A stretch of 64,000 nucleotides of DNA from Octopus sinensis (GCF_006345805.1 NC_043022.1:992001-1056000); one strand, 5' to 3'. Counted from the first letter of the stretch, positions 1-11,643 are shown. The notes: generated by a model from the sequence alone, not told the origin. Translations and numbers: made by a program.

Positions 1-109
<109 letters not shown>

Positions 110-199
110 ACTTTCTCCATTTCACTGACTGATTTTATCTGTGGAATGTTGGGTCAGACAAATTCTATATGGTAATTTTTTACATGCAAACATATATTG

Positions 200-361
200 G
201 GCACAGGTATGGCTGTGTGGTAAGAAGCTTGCTTCTCAACCACATGGTTCCAGGTTCAGTTCCACTGCATGGCACCTTGGGAAAGTGTCATCTACTATAG
301 TCTTGGGCCAACCAAAGCCTTGTGAGAGGATTTGGTAGATGAAAGATGAAAGTAGCCTGTC

Positions 362-362
<1 letters not shown>
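200..362 (+). mobile_element. SINE family 1 (tRNA-derived), 5' head; identical copy at 956-1118
   Basis: A-box-like TGGCTGTGTGGTAAG and B-box-like GGTTCAGTTCC, followed by the body shared with many copies in the window. Confidence 0.85.
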
Positions 363-408
<46 letters not shown>

Positions 409-484
409 TATATGTACACACACACACACACATATATACATATATATAATATATATTTATATATGTACACACACACACAAACAC

Positions 485-515
<31 letters not shown>

Positions 516-664
516 AATATAAGACATCCAATGGCTTTCTATGGAATGATTATTTCCTTGAATATTTCTTGTAAGAAAATGACAAGGTTCTTTTGTCACT
601 GACTGCCTCTGACTGTGTGCCACTAGACACACAGACACATGAATGTGTGTGTGTGTGGTGTGTG

Positions 665-696
<32 letters not shown>

Positions 697-794
697 GTGT
701 CTAAGTGTGCGTGACATTAATAGAGCCAAATATAGAATTGGTAAAAACAAAGAAAAGTAAGTCCTCCCTCCATCCCTCTATCTCTCTCTCTCTC

Positions 795-865
<71 letters not shown>

Positions 866-1229
866 ACTTTCTCCATTTCACTGACTGATTTTATCTGTGG
901 AATGTTGGGTCAGACAAATTCTATATGGTAATTTTTTACATGCAAACATATATTGGGCACAGGTATGGCTGTGTGGTAAGAAGCTTGCTTCTCAACCACA
1001 TGGTTCCAGGTTCAGTTCCACTGCATGGCACCTTGGGAAAGTGTCATCTACTATAGTCTTGGGCCAACCAAAGCCTTGTGAGAGGATTTGGTAGATGAAA
1101 GATGAAAGTAGCCTGTCATATATATACATATATATATATATATATACATATATATATGTACACCACACACACACATATATATATATATATATAATATATA
1201 TTTATATATGTACACACACACACAAACAC

Positions 1230-1292
<63 letters not shown>

Positions 1293-1297
<5 letters not shown>

Positions 1298-1634
1298 TGC
1301 TCTCTCAACGAGATTCCAAGTTGAGAGAGCACATCAGTAGCGAGGTCATTAGAGAGAGGTCATCAGAGAGAGGTCCTACATGAGGGATGTCATCACAGAA
1401 TATACCCGCAGCAAGTTTACATGGGCTGGACACGTCGCCCGGCTCACTGATAATTGGTGGACCTGCGCAGTTGTCAAGTGGTATCCGCATGAGTGGAAAC
1501 TACCACTCGGAAGGCCTCCACGACAGTGGAGTTACGATTTCAGGAGGACGATTGGGATCACGTGGATGAGAAAGGCACGATCCAAAGGGGAGTGAAATGG
1601 ATGCCCAACGGACTGGTCGATCAAGGTGATCAAG

Positions 1635-1640
<6 letters not shown>
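1293..1640 (+). mobile_element. 5'-truncated RTE-clade LINE 3' end with inverted 5' tip, inserted in (TA)n
   Basis: Translation SKFTWAGHVARLTDNWWT...LGRPPRQWSYDF...WMRKAR matches the RTE RT C-terminal signature (WAGHV..R / GRP..RW). It ends in short tandem TCAAGGTGA repeats. Confidence 0.88.
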
Positions 1641-1679
<39 letters not shown>

Positions 1680-1900
1680 ATAGATATGGCTTGTCTATGG
1701 GATTACCCTGGGTTTCTTGTCCATAAAGTGCTTCACTTTACAGCGTTTCTTCAAACCCTAAAATCCGTTGGCCTCGGGTCTGAAGAAATGCTGTTAACCC
1801 AACAGACCAGCCATAATCTATCTTTATATACTCTGCTGGTCTGGAACTTAGTATATGCTTCTCTTTCAGATTTATTGAAGTTATATATATATATATATAT

Positions 1901-2206
1901 GGAGGCGCGCAATGACCTAGTGGTTAGGGCAGCGAACTCGCGGTCGTAGGATCGCGGTTTCAATTCCCAGACCAGGCGTTGTGTATGTTTATTGAGCGAA
2001 AACACCTTAAAGCTCCACGAGGCTCCGGCAGGGGGTGGTGATCCCTGCTGTACTCTTTCACCACTCTTTCTCTCACTCTTTCTTCTGTTGGCCTGCTCGC
2101 TTAGCCAGCGGGGTGGCGTCATTCGAAGGCTAAAACAATGCAAACGCATTGTGACCAGCGATGTGTAGCAACATCTGATGGTCTGGTCGGTCATGTGATA
2201 TGTGAT

Positions 2207-2212
<6 letters not shown>
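1901..2212 (+). mobile_element. SINE family 2 (tRNA-derived), full length, inserted in (TA)n
   Basis: A box TGACCTAGTGG, B box GGTTTCAATTCCC, CpG-rich, ends in TGTGAT repeats, TA tracts on both sides. Confidence 0.88.
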
Positions 2213-2271
<59 letters not shown>

Positions 2272-2304
2272 CAACAGATGGGTTTTCTGGATCTTCCTCT
2301 TGGT

Positions 2305-2561
2305 TAGTGTTTCTCAACCCCTTTTTCCCTATGGACCTCTTTGATTTCTATTTTACTCTACTAGACCCACAGAGCCATTTGACATTTAGAAAATCCTGAT
2401 ATATTTTTAGAATTAAACATTTATTAGGAACTGCATTTAAAACAGTTGTAAAAATATTTTGTGTATTAGAGAAGTATAACTGATTTATTGCTGATAATTT
2501 TAAGCAATGGTATCTTACATGGACCTCCAAGAGTCATATGGACTCCAATTGCGAACCAGTG
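2305..2561. mobile_element. degenerate hAT-like MITE
   Basis: Ends TAGTGTTTCTCAAC / TTGCGAACCAGTG form an imperfect TIR of the CAGTGGTTCTCAAC type. A similar end occurs at ~26450-26498. Confidence 0.4.
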
Positions 2562-3380
2562 ATCTTGGTGGTGCTATCGTTTCATGAAGAGCACGAAGAA
2601 GCAGGACCTAATCAGCTGCTAGTAGAAGAGTAAATGTTTTCTCTGCAGAAAAAGTGGAACAATTAGATGGTTACTGGTGATTTAGTAACTCCAGATTGGA
2701 TGACCGTGGTGACATACTTTCACACAAGTATGCCAGTCTCCCCACCACACACACTTCTAGGTGAAGTCATCACTGGTAACTGTAAGAGCAGAAATAATAG
2801 CCAAGACATTCAAAAAATGTGATTGATGTCACCAAAGCATGAAGCAAGCGTAATATAATGTCACTGAAATGTAAAAATGTAATTGAGGTCACCAAAAACG
2901 AACTTCTCCAGGAAGGAAACAATGACCCAGAAACGGAAGTAATAACAATGGCATAGATGATGACACTTAAACTATGCCGTGTCAACAGTTCATTCACTGA
3001 TATTTTATACACCAGTAAATAAATTAAACACAGTCATCACCTATTTGTGACACCCCCAAACACATATTTCACATTAGTTTTTTTCAACCTTTGCACATTT
3101 AACCTGACCATATCTGGCCCAAATATTCTACTTAATTTATATTAGACCCAGCTAGATCTGGGCCTCTTGCACCTACCCTACAATGTCATTGACCCAGCTA
3201 GATCTAGGCCTCTTGCACCTACCCTACAATATCATTTTAAAAATAATCATATATGATAGCATTTAAAATCTTGGAGCTACAAGAAATGAATGCTCAATTC
3301 AGAGCAATGTGAATAAATAAGGAAGTGGTGGTTGGCATGGCTGTATGGCTGTAAGAAGTTTTTTTGGGAATCATACTCAT

Positions 3381-3745
3381 AGGTGCAGGAGTGGTTGTGT
3401 GGTAAGAAGCTTGCTTCCCAACCACATGGTTCCGGGTTCAGTCCTACTGCGTTGCACCTTGAGCAAGTATCTTCTACTATAGCCTCGGGGCCAATCAAAG
3501 CCTTGTGAGCAGATTTGGTAGACAGAAACTGAAAGAAGCCCATCATGTGTGTGTGTGTGTGTGTGTGTTTTTGTATCTGTGTTTGTCCCCCCAACATCGC
3601 TTGACAATGGTAACCTAGCAGTTCGGCAAAAGGGAACCAATAGAATGAGTATTAGGCTTACAAAGAATAAGTCCTGGGGTTGATTTGTTTGACTAAAAGT
3701 GGTGCTCCAGCATGGCTGCATTCAAATGACTGAAACCAGTAAAAG
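3381..3745 (+). mobile_element. SINE family 1, near full length with internal (GT)n
   Basis: Same head, internal microsatellite and GGTGCTCCAGCATGGC...GAAAC tail as the copy at 57752-58160. Confidence 0.85.
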
Positions 3746-4186
3746 AATTTAAAAAATGGTGGCTTGGTACCTCTGAGACTAAGTCAGACTATAATAGAAG
3801 ATACTTGCACAATGTGCCATGCAGTGGGACTGAACCTGGAACCATGTGGTTCAGAAGCAAGTCTCTTACCTCACAGCCATGCCATATATACACACACGTG
3901 TGTGCATACACAATTTCTACTTTGATAACTTGTGGAACTACATTCCAGGGAAGACTTTATTTATAGTCTACTGTCATGGTTCATGGGTCAGTGATTTTTG
4001 TGGCTCCTCAGCATCTATTAACAATCACAAAATTGTGACAACAAAAGGATTATAAAACAATTATTTTCAGTCCTTCCATAACATCATCCTCGGTGTCATC
4101 ATTGTCATTATATTGCTTGTACTTTTCCTTGCACGTACAGGTTGGGTTTCATAGCATTTTGCCAAATGCCACAAACCTGAAGATAT

Positions 4187-5022
4187 TTAACCCTTTCGTT
4201 ACTGTATTTATTTTGAGATGCTCTGTGTTTCTTTCGATTAATTTTAAATATAAAAAAGAATTTAGTAAAATAACTTAGTTATCATTAAGTCAGTGTTAGG
4301 AACATAAATTGTGACCAAGGTTTGGTGGAAGATTTTAATTCAGAACTTTTGAAAACAAGACATTTGTACAACAGAGCCAGAGGTGGTTTCAGGTGGGTTG
4401 GTATCAAAAGGGTTAATTTGCAGATTTTGTTTCACACAGATGTTATATTTGTTAGAAATAGCAGCCAAATCTTATGCAAATTGAAGACACATTTGACTGA
4501 CTGTCTTTAACCCTTTTGTTACCCTATTTCTGTTGAGATGCTCTGTGTTTCTTTTAATTAAATTTAAATATAAGAAAGAATTTAGAAAGAAGCTAGTGTT
4601 AGGAACATAAATTGTGACCAAGGTTTGGTGGAAGATTTTAATTCAGAACTTTTGAAAACAAGACATTTGTACAACAGAGCCAGAGGTGGTTTCAGGTGGG
4701 TTGGTATCAAAAGGGTTAATTTGCAGATTTTGTTTCACACAGATGTTATATTTGTTAGAAATAGCAGCCAAATCTTATGCAAATTGAAGACACATTTGAC
4801 TGACTGTCTTTAACCCTTTTGTTACCCTATTTCTGTTGAGATGCTCTGTGTTTCTTTTAATTAAATTTAAATATAAGAAAGAATTTAGAAAGAAGCTAGT
4901 GTTAGGAACATAAATTGTGACCAAGGTTTGGTGGAAGATTTTAATTCAGAACTTTTGAAAACAAGACATTTGTACAACAGAGCCAGAGGTGGTTTCAGGT
5001 GGGTTGGTATCAAAAGGGTTAA
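4187..5022. mobile_element. three tandem copies of a TTAA-flanked piggyBac-like MITE (4187-4416, 4507-4719, 4810-5022)
   Basis: Each copy reads TTAA-CCCTTT ... AAAGGG-TTAA; 303-bp periodicity; a reverse copy lies at ~9543-9775. Confidence 0.8.
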
Positions 5023-5063
5023 GCACTTGTGGCAACACTAGAGATAACTTTCACACCTTTCTG

Positions 5064-5212
5064 GTCATCACCATCATCATCATCATTATCAACATCATCA
5101 TCATCATCATCATTGTTATCACCTCCATCATTTTCATCATCAGCATCAGTGTTGTCATCACTGTCACACTCATCATCGTCATTATCATTGTCAGCATCAT
5201 CATCATCATCAT
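5064..5212. repeat. (CAT)n imperfect trinucleotide microsatellite
   Basis: Direct inspection; explains the poly-I/D/S ORFs. Confidence 0.95.
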
Positions 5213-5322
5213 TTAACATCTGTTTTCCATGCTGGCATGGATCGGACAGTTTGACATGGAACTCAGTTAACCCCTTAACACTGACAGTATTCTGTCAAAA
5301 GTAATGCTTATTTATTCACATC

Positions 5323-5520
5323 AGCACAGAATTTTGTCAGTGAACAGGTCTCGGTCTCAAAGCGCCGAAAATATTTTGGTGAATTAAATTTAAATGTAGA
5401 AGTGAATCTAATGGCTTTTGTGTGTTTCTTAAATGGCTTATAAACACCTTCCACGCTCCAATTGTTTTTGTTCCAGCACATGATCTCAGATCAGGTCACT
5501 TGCTATGCAAGTACATCTCC
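5323..5520 (+). mobile_element. short non-autonomous element (HHR family F3) with 12-bp target-site duplication
   Basis: TTTATTCACATC at 5311-5322 and 5521-5532 flanks the insert. Homologous copies lie at 30536-30743 and 60617-60899. Confidence 0.8.
5333..5383 (+). ncRNA. type I hammerhead-like motif with G3:C8 core (family F3)
   Basis: Stem I 5' TTTGTCA, core GTGAACA+G, stem II, GAAA, palindromic stem III AATATT, H=U. Stems I and II are partly decayed in this copy and better preserved at 30617-30664. Confidence 0.6.
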
Positions 5521-5668
5521 TTTATTCACATCGTTTCCAATTAATCATGTATTATTTTGTATCAATAAGATTTTGATGAGGCAACTGTTAATGTTTTGGA
5601 ATGACATTGTAGGGTAGGTGTGAGTAGCCAGATCTGGCCACATTGAACATAAAGCAGGTAGAATATTT

Positions 5669-8600
5669 GGGCCAGGTAACCTTGAACCTCCTTTAGGCCA
5701 GGTAACCTTGTACCTCCTTTGGGCCAGGTAACCTTGAACCTCTTTTGGGCCAGGTAACCTTGTACCTCCTTTGAACCAGGTAACCTTGTACCTCCTTTGG
5801 GCCAGGTAACCTTGTACCTCCTTGGGCCAGGTAACCTTGAACCTCTTTTGGGCCAGGTAACCTTGAACCTCTTTTGGGCCAGGTAACCTTGTACCTCCTT
5901 TGAACCAGGTAACCTTGTACCTCCTTTGGGCCAGGTAACCTTGTACCTCCTTTGGGCCAGGTAACCTTGAACCTCTTTTGGGCCAGGTAACCTTGAACCT
6001 CTTTTGGGCCAGGTAACCTTGTACCTCCTTTGAGCCAAGTAACCTTGTACCTCCTTTGGGCCAGGTAACCTTGTACCTCCTTTGAACCAGGTAACCTTGT
6101 ACCTCCTTTGGGCCAGGTAACCTTGTACCTCCTTTGGGCCAGGTAACCTTGAACCTCTTTTGGGCCAGGTAACCTTGTACCTCCTTTGGGCCAGGTAACC
6201 TTGTACCTCCTTTGAACCAGGTAACCTTGTACCTCCTTTGGGCCAGGTAACCTTGTACCTCTTTTGGGCCAGGTAACCTTGAACCTCTTTTGGGCCAGGT
6301 AACCTTGTACCTCCTTTGGGCCAGGTAACCTTGTACCTCCTTTGGGCCAGGTAACCTTGTACCTCCTTTGGGCCAGGTAACCTTGTACCTCCTTTGGGCC
6401 AGGTAACCTTGTACCTCCTTTGGGCCAGGTAACCTTGTACCTCCTTTGGGCCAGGTAACCTTGTACCTCCTTTGGGCCAGGTAACCTTGTACCTCCTTTG
6501 GGCCAGGTAACCTTGAACCTCTTTTGGGCCAGGTAACCTTGAACCTCTTTTGGGCCAGGTAACCTTGTACCTCCTTTGAGCCAAGTAACCTTGTACCTCC
6601 TTTGGGCCAGGTAACCTTGAACCTCTTTTGGGCCAGGTAACCTTGAACCTCTTTTGGGCCAGGTAACCTTGTACCTCCTTTGAGCCAAGTAACCTTGTAC
6701 CTCCTTTGGGCCAGGTAACCTTGAACCTCTTTTGGGCCAGGTAACCTTGAACCTCTTTTGGGCCAGGTAACCTTGTACCTCCTTTGGGCCAGGTAACCTT
6801 GTACCTCCTTTGAACCAGGTAACCTTGTACCTCCTTTGGGCCAGGTAACCTTGAACCTCTTTTGGGCCAGGTAACCTTGTACCTCCTTTGGGCCAGGTAA
6901 CCTTGTACCTCCTTTGAACCAGGTAACCTTGTACCTCCTTTGGGCCAGGTAACCTTGTACCTCTTTTGGGCCAGGTAACCTTGAACCTCTTTGGGCCAGG
7001 TAACCTTGTACCTCCTTTGGGCCAGGTAACCTTGTACCTCCTTTGAACCAGGTAACCTTGTACCTCCTTTGGGCCAGGTAACCTTGTACCTCTTTTGGGC
7101 CAGGTAACCTTGAACCTCTTTGGGCCAGGTAACCTTGTACCTCCTTTGGGCCAGGTAACCTTGTACCTCCTTTGGGCAGGTAACCTTGTACCTCCTTTGG
7201 GCCAGGTAACCTTGTACCTCCTTTGGGCCAGGTAACCTTGTACCTCCTTTGGGCCAGGTAACCTTGTACCTCCTTTGGGCCAGGTAACCTTGTACCACTC
7301 CTTTGGGCCAGGTAACCTTGTACCACCTCCTTGGGCCAGGTAACCTTGACCTCTTTTGGGCCAGGTAACCTTGAACCTCTTTTGGGCCAGGTAACCTTGT
7401 ACCTCCTTTGAGCCAAGTAACCTTGTACCTCCTTTGGGCCAGGTAACCTTGAACCTCTTTTGGGCCAGGTAACCTTGAACCTCTTTTGGGCAGGTAACCT
7501 TGTACCTCCTTTGAGCCAAGTAACCTTGTACCTCCTTTGGGCCAGGTAACCTTGAACCTCTTTTGGGCCAGGTAACCTTGAACCTCTTTTGGGCCAGGTA
7601 ACCTTGTACCTCCTTTGGGCCAGGTAACCTTGTACCTCCTTTGAACCAGGTAACCTTGTACCTCCTTTGGGCCAGGTAACCTTGAACCTCTTTTGGGCCA
7701 GGTAACCTTGTACCTCCTTTGGGCCAGGTAACCTTGTACCTCCTTTGAACCAGGTAACCTTGTACCTCCTTTGGGCCAGGTACCTTGTACCTCTTTTGGG
7801 CCAGGTAACCTTGAACCTCTTTTGGGCCAGGTAACCTGTACCTCCTTTGGGCCAGGTAACCTTGTACCTCCTTTGGGCCAGGTAACCTTGTACCTCCTTT
7901 GGGCCAGGTAACCTTGTACCTCCTTTGGGCCAGGTAACCTTGTACCTCCTTTGGGCCAGGTAACCTTGTACCTCCTTTGGGCCAGGTAACCTTGTACCTC
8001 CTTTGGGCCAGGTAACCTTGTACCTCCTTTGGGCCAGGTAACCTTGAACCTCTTTTGGGCCAGGTAACCTTGAACCTCTTTTGGGCCAGGTAACCTTGTA
8101 CCTCCTTTGAGCCAAGTAACCTTGTACCTCCTTTGGGCCAGGTAACCTTGAACCTCTTTTGGGCCAGGTAACCTTGAACCTCTTTTGGCCAGGTAACCTT
8201 GTACCTCCTTTGAGCCAAGTAACCTTGTACCTCCTTTGGGCCAGGTAACCTTGAACCTCTTTTGGGCCAGGTAACCTTGAACCTCTTTTGGGCCAGGTAA
8301 CCTTGTACCTCCTTTGGGCCAGGTAACCTTGTACCTCCTTTGGGCCAGGTAACCTTGTACCTCCTTTGGGCCAGGTAACCTTGAACCTTTTTGGGCCAGG
8401 TAACCTTGAACCTCTTTTGGGCCAGGTAACCTTGTACCTCTTTGAGCCAAGTAACCTTGTACCTCCTCCTTTGGGCCAGGTAACCTTGAACCTCTTTTGG
8501 GCCAGGTAACCTTGAACCTCTTTTGGGCCAGGTAACCTTGTACCTCCTTTGGGCCAGGTAACCTTGTACCTCCTTTGGGCCAGGTAACCTTGTACCTCCT

Positions 8601-8704
8601 TTGGGCCAGGTAACCTTGTACCTCCTTTGGGCCAGGTAACCTTGTACCTCCTTTGGGCCAGGTAACCTTGTACCTCCTTTGGGCCAGGTAACCTTGTACC
8701 TCCT
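5669..8704. repeat. 26-bp minisatellite array (~115-117 units), unit GGGCCAGGTAACCTTGTACCTCCTTT
   Basis: Direct inspection; four main variants and occasional 1-bp indels. No unique spacers, so not CRISPR. Confidence 0.97.
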
Positions 8705-9100
8705 CAAGAGCAACTCACTGGTTTCTGCCTCTCTGTTTCTCTGTCACACTCTAACCTTTCATCTACTGACACAAGATCTCCCCTCCTCCAATGCCCTTCT
8801 TCCCTCAAAGGATCCTTGTCTTGCAAGTTACTTGGTGACCCTGCCACTGCTGGTGCCTCGTAAAACGCATCCAGTCCACACTGTAAAGTGGTTGGTATTT
8901 GGAAGGACATCCAGCTGGTAAAAATCATGCCAAAATTGACCTCACCTCTGTTAGGAAGGGCATCCAGCCATAGAAAACCTTCCAAAACAGACACAATAGT
9001 CTGCCATAGTTTTCTACCTGGCCAGCTCCTGTCAACCATCTGTCCTACCCATGATAGCATGAAAGGCAGACATTAAATGATGATGATGATGATGATGATG
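8705..9100 (-). mobile_element. (GAT)n-tailed retroelement 3' region (RTE LINE 3' UTR-like family A)
   Basis: Shares GCATGGAAAG..GAC.TTAAA.GATGATGAT tail and internal blocks with copies at ~10160-10555, 13245-13600, 15460-15835, 26010-26330, 29290-29640, 33370-33640, 36110-36400, 46100-46470, 53960-54100 and 58690-58830. Copies at ~33440 and ~25815 carry GACCGAGACCTTTGGC, which matches the RTE ORF end at ~13780. Confidence 0.7.
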
Positions 9101-10689
9101 GTGGCCAGTTTATATTCTAAAGGGTTGAGTAATTCCTTACCAAGGTGGAATTGTGACAAACAGTGCTTAGTAGGGTGTGACAACAAGCAGTGTTTAGTAG
9201 GGTGTGTCAGATGCTCCTGGACCAACCCTGCCTGTATCAAGATGGAAAAAGTATTTTAAAAATCTTTTCATTGTCACATTTTTGTGATTCTTAAAGAAAT
9301 ACTGTGGAGACACAAAACGTCGCTGATGCGTGAAACTGTGAAAGTAGTTGCTATATACATGACCATGATCTTGATGACAACAACAAGGACACAAAAAGTC
9401 ACTGATGCATGAAATTGTAAAAATCATTCCTACAATCATGATGATGATGATGATGATGATGAAATGGGAAAAAAATAGTTGGCATTCTTTTATTCTTTTA
9501 CTTGTTTCAATCCTTTGATTGCAGCCATTCTGGAGCACAGCCTTCAACCTTTTGATACAAACCCCTCTGAAACTGCCCCTGGCTCTGTAGCACAAATGTC
9601 TTGTTTTCAAAAGTCCCAAATTAAAATCTTCCACCAAACCTCAGTCACAATTTATGTTCCTAATACTAGTTTAATGATAACCATATTGTACTAAATTCTT
9701 TGTTATATTTAAATTTAATTAAAAGAAACTCAGAGCATCTCAACAGAAATAAGGCAACAAAACTATTAAAGGGTTTTTTTAGTCAAAGAAATCGATCCCA
9801 GGACTTATTCTTTGTAAGGCAGTACTTATTCTATCGGTCTTTTTCGCCAAATCACTAAGTTATGGTGACATAAACACTAACAGCAGTTGTTAAACGATCG
9901 GAGGGAGGGGCAGGCAAACACAGACACAAAGACACGCACACACATAGATATACACACACACACATACATATACAAACTAATTTGTAAGTGAGCAATTCTG
10001 TCGGTGTCATTAGCCAGATTTACATAGGATGAAAGCATTAAGTGAAGCAACGGAGTGTGTATATAATGGTTGTGTGAGATTGCAATAATGAGCAAAAGTG
10101 TAAATGGAAGGAAGTGAATGAAAGGGGTGGGTGGGTAATGAGTGGGGTTATATATCATCATCATCATCATCATAATCGTTTAACGGCCGCTTTCCGTGGT
10201 TGGACGATTTGACTGAGGGCTGGTGAACCAGATGGCTGCACCAGGCTCCAATCTGACCTGGCAGAGTTTCTACAGAAGAATGTAACTTCCTAACTCCAGC
10301 CACTCCAAGAGTGTGGTGGGTGTTTTTATGTGCCACTGGCATGAGGGCCAGTCAGGTGGTACTGGCAATGGCCAGGCTCAAGTGGGATTTTTTACATGCC
10401 ACCTGCACAAGAGCCAGTCCAGTGGCACTGGCAACGACCTCACTTGAATGCTTTTTCACGTGCCACTGGCACAGAAGCCAGTCAGCTGCTCTGGCAACAA
10501 TCATGCTCGGATGGACCTCTTAGCGCCCCACTGGCACGGGTGCCAGTCATCAAATTTGATTGGATACATACGTAAAAGAAAACATATGAATCTGCACATA
10601 CACTGACTCTAAATACTGCAATTGGTCAAGTGCCAATACTAAATACTGAAATGGTCAAGTGCCATTCGTGCTGCTAACATGTCTGTTCT

Positions 10690-11000
10690 GATGACTTTAC
10701 TAACCACCATTTCCACTTTGCTAACCACTTCTCCCTCCAATCTATTTCTTTCCGTTGATAACTCTTCGCTGGATGCTGCTGATTTTATTTTCTCCATTGC
10801 AAACTAGAACTGCCATCAACTGCCACTTAACTAGTTCCCTAATCTGGTCCCTGTAGATTTTCTATGCTAGTAAGGACACATTCAACTTCCAGTAACTGGG
10901 TCCCTGTCTGTGGCTCCTATCTAAATTGACTGAGCAGATCAGTTAATTTCTAGCCTCTATAGTCGATCAGTTTAAAGTGAGGCCACGCTATGTTACCCCT
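10690..11000 (-). pseudogene. degenerate L1/Tx1-clade LINE ORF2 fragment
   Basis: Minus-strand translation ...NLDRSHRQGPSYWKLNVSLL*KIYRDQIRELV matches the GPGYWKLN.SLL linker found after the APE domain; in-frame stops present. Confidence 0.65.
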
Positions 11001-11056
11001 ATCTACAAGCCTAACAAATATGCTTAATTTCGGTTTTTTTTTTGGGGGGGGGGTTC

Positions 11057-11520
11057 AAACACTAGAGTTTAAAGGTCAAGGTCTGACGATGTGAATTTTC
11101 CGAGTCCTGTTCCCCGACCCCCGTTCATGAGGGCGTATCTTTTTTTTACATATTCGTTTACTACATGTTGCACACTTATTACACCATAAAAAAATTTTTT
11201 TTTTGGCTGTGGTGAGACGACTCGGAACATTCCCGATGTCAATTTTCCAAGTCCTCTCCTCCCACCCACCCCCCGATCGCAAGCGCGTATTTTTTTTTTT
11301 TTCGTATTCACTTACAGCAAGTTGTTTTACACCTATTACACTATTTTTTTTTTGCTCGGGTCAAATACTGGAGTTTAAAGGTCAAGGTCTGACGATGTGA
11401 ATTTTCCGAGTCCCCTCCCTCACCCCATCACCCCGTTCGCGAGCGCGCGTTTTTTCTTTTCACATTCGTTTACAGCAAGTCGTTTTACACCTATTACACT
11501 ATATTTGCTCGAGTCAAAGC
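11057..11520. repeat. CpG-rich degenerate tandem repeat (~150-bp subunit, 306-bp higher order)
   Basis: GAGTTTAAAGGTCAAGGTCTGACGATGTGAATTTTCCGAGTCC occurs twice 306 bp apart, with a diverged subunit at ~11232. Confidence 0.8.
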
Positions 11521-11632
11521 CTTTACTTCGACCCTTTCTCTTACTTACTATCTCTCTCTCTCACTCTCTCTCTCTATCATACTCTGTCTCCTTCACACTT
11601 CTCCCCTTCACCGTTGACGAACGACACAGGAA

Positions 11633-11643
11633 GGAAGTGACGT
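11633..11643 (+). promoter_or_regulatory. ETS-CRE composite motif GGAAGTGACGT in a CpG-rich patch
   Basis: Exact motif; known from vertebrate housekeeping promoters, function here inferred. Confidence 0.35.

Larger units (their letters stand above)
5267..9128. mobile_element. ~200-bp TTAA-type MITE (family B) split by nested insertions and a minisatellite
   Basis: Left end TTAACCCC at 5267, body at 5290-5322 and 5521-5668, right end GGCCAGTTTATATTCTAAAGGGTTGA at ~9103-9128. The same family occurs uninterrupted at ~24043-24250 and ~24875-25295. Confidence 0.7.

Noticed and set aside
5669-8704. CRISPR-like array
   Set aside because: Units are contiguous with no unique spacers, the context is eukaryotic, and there are no cas genes.
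5545-8713. Three 856-1006 aa minus-strand ORFs
   Set aside because: They are the three frames of a stop-free 26-bp minisatellite with indels, show no domain structure and have no unique coding flanks.
9136-9228. Minus-strand exon-like segment with good splice signals
   Set aside because: It contains an internal 25-bp duplication, looks repeat-derived, and stops in the phase needed to extend the exon chain.
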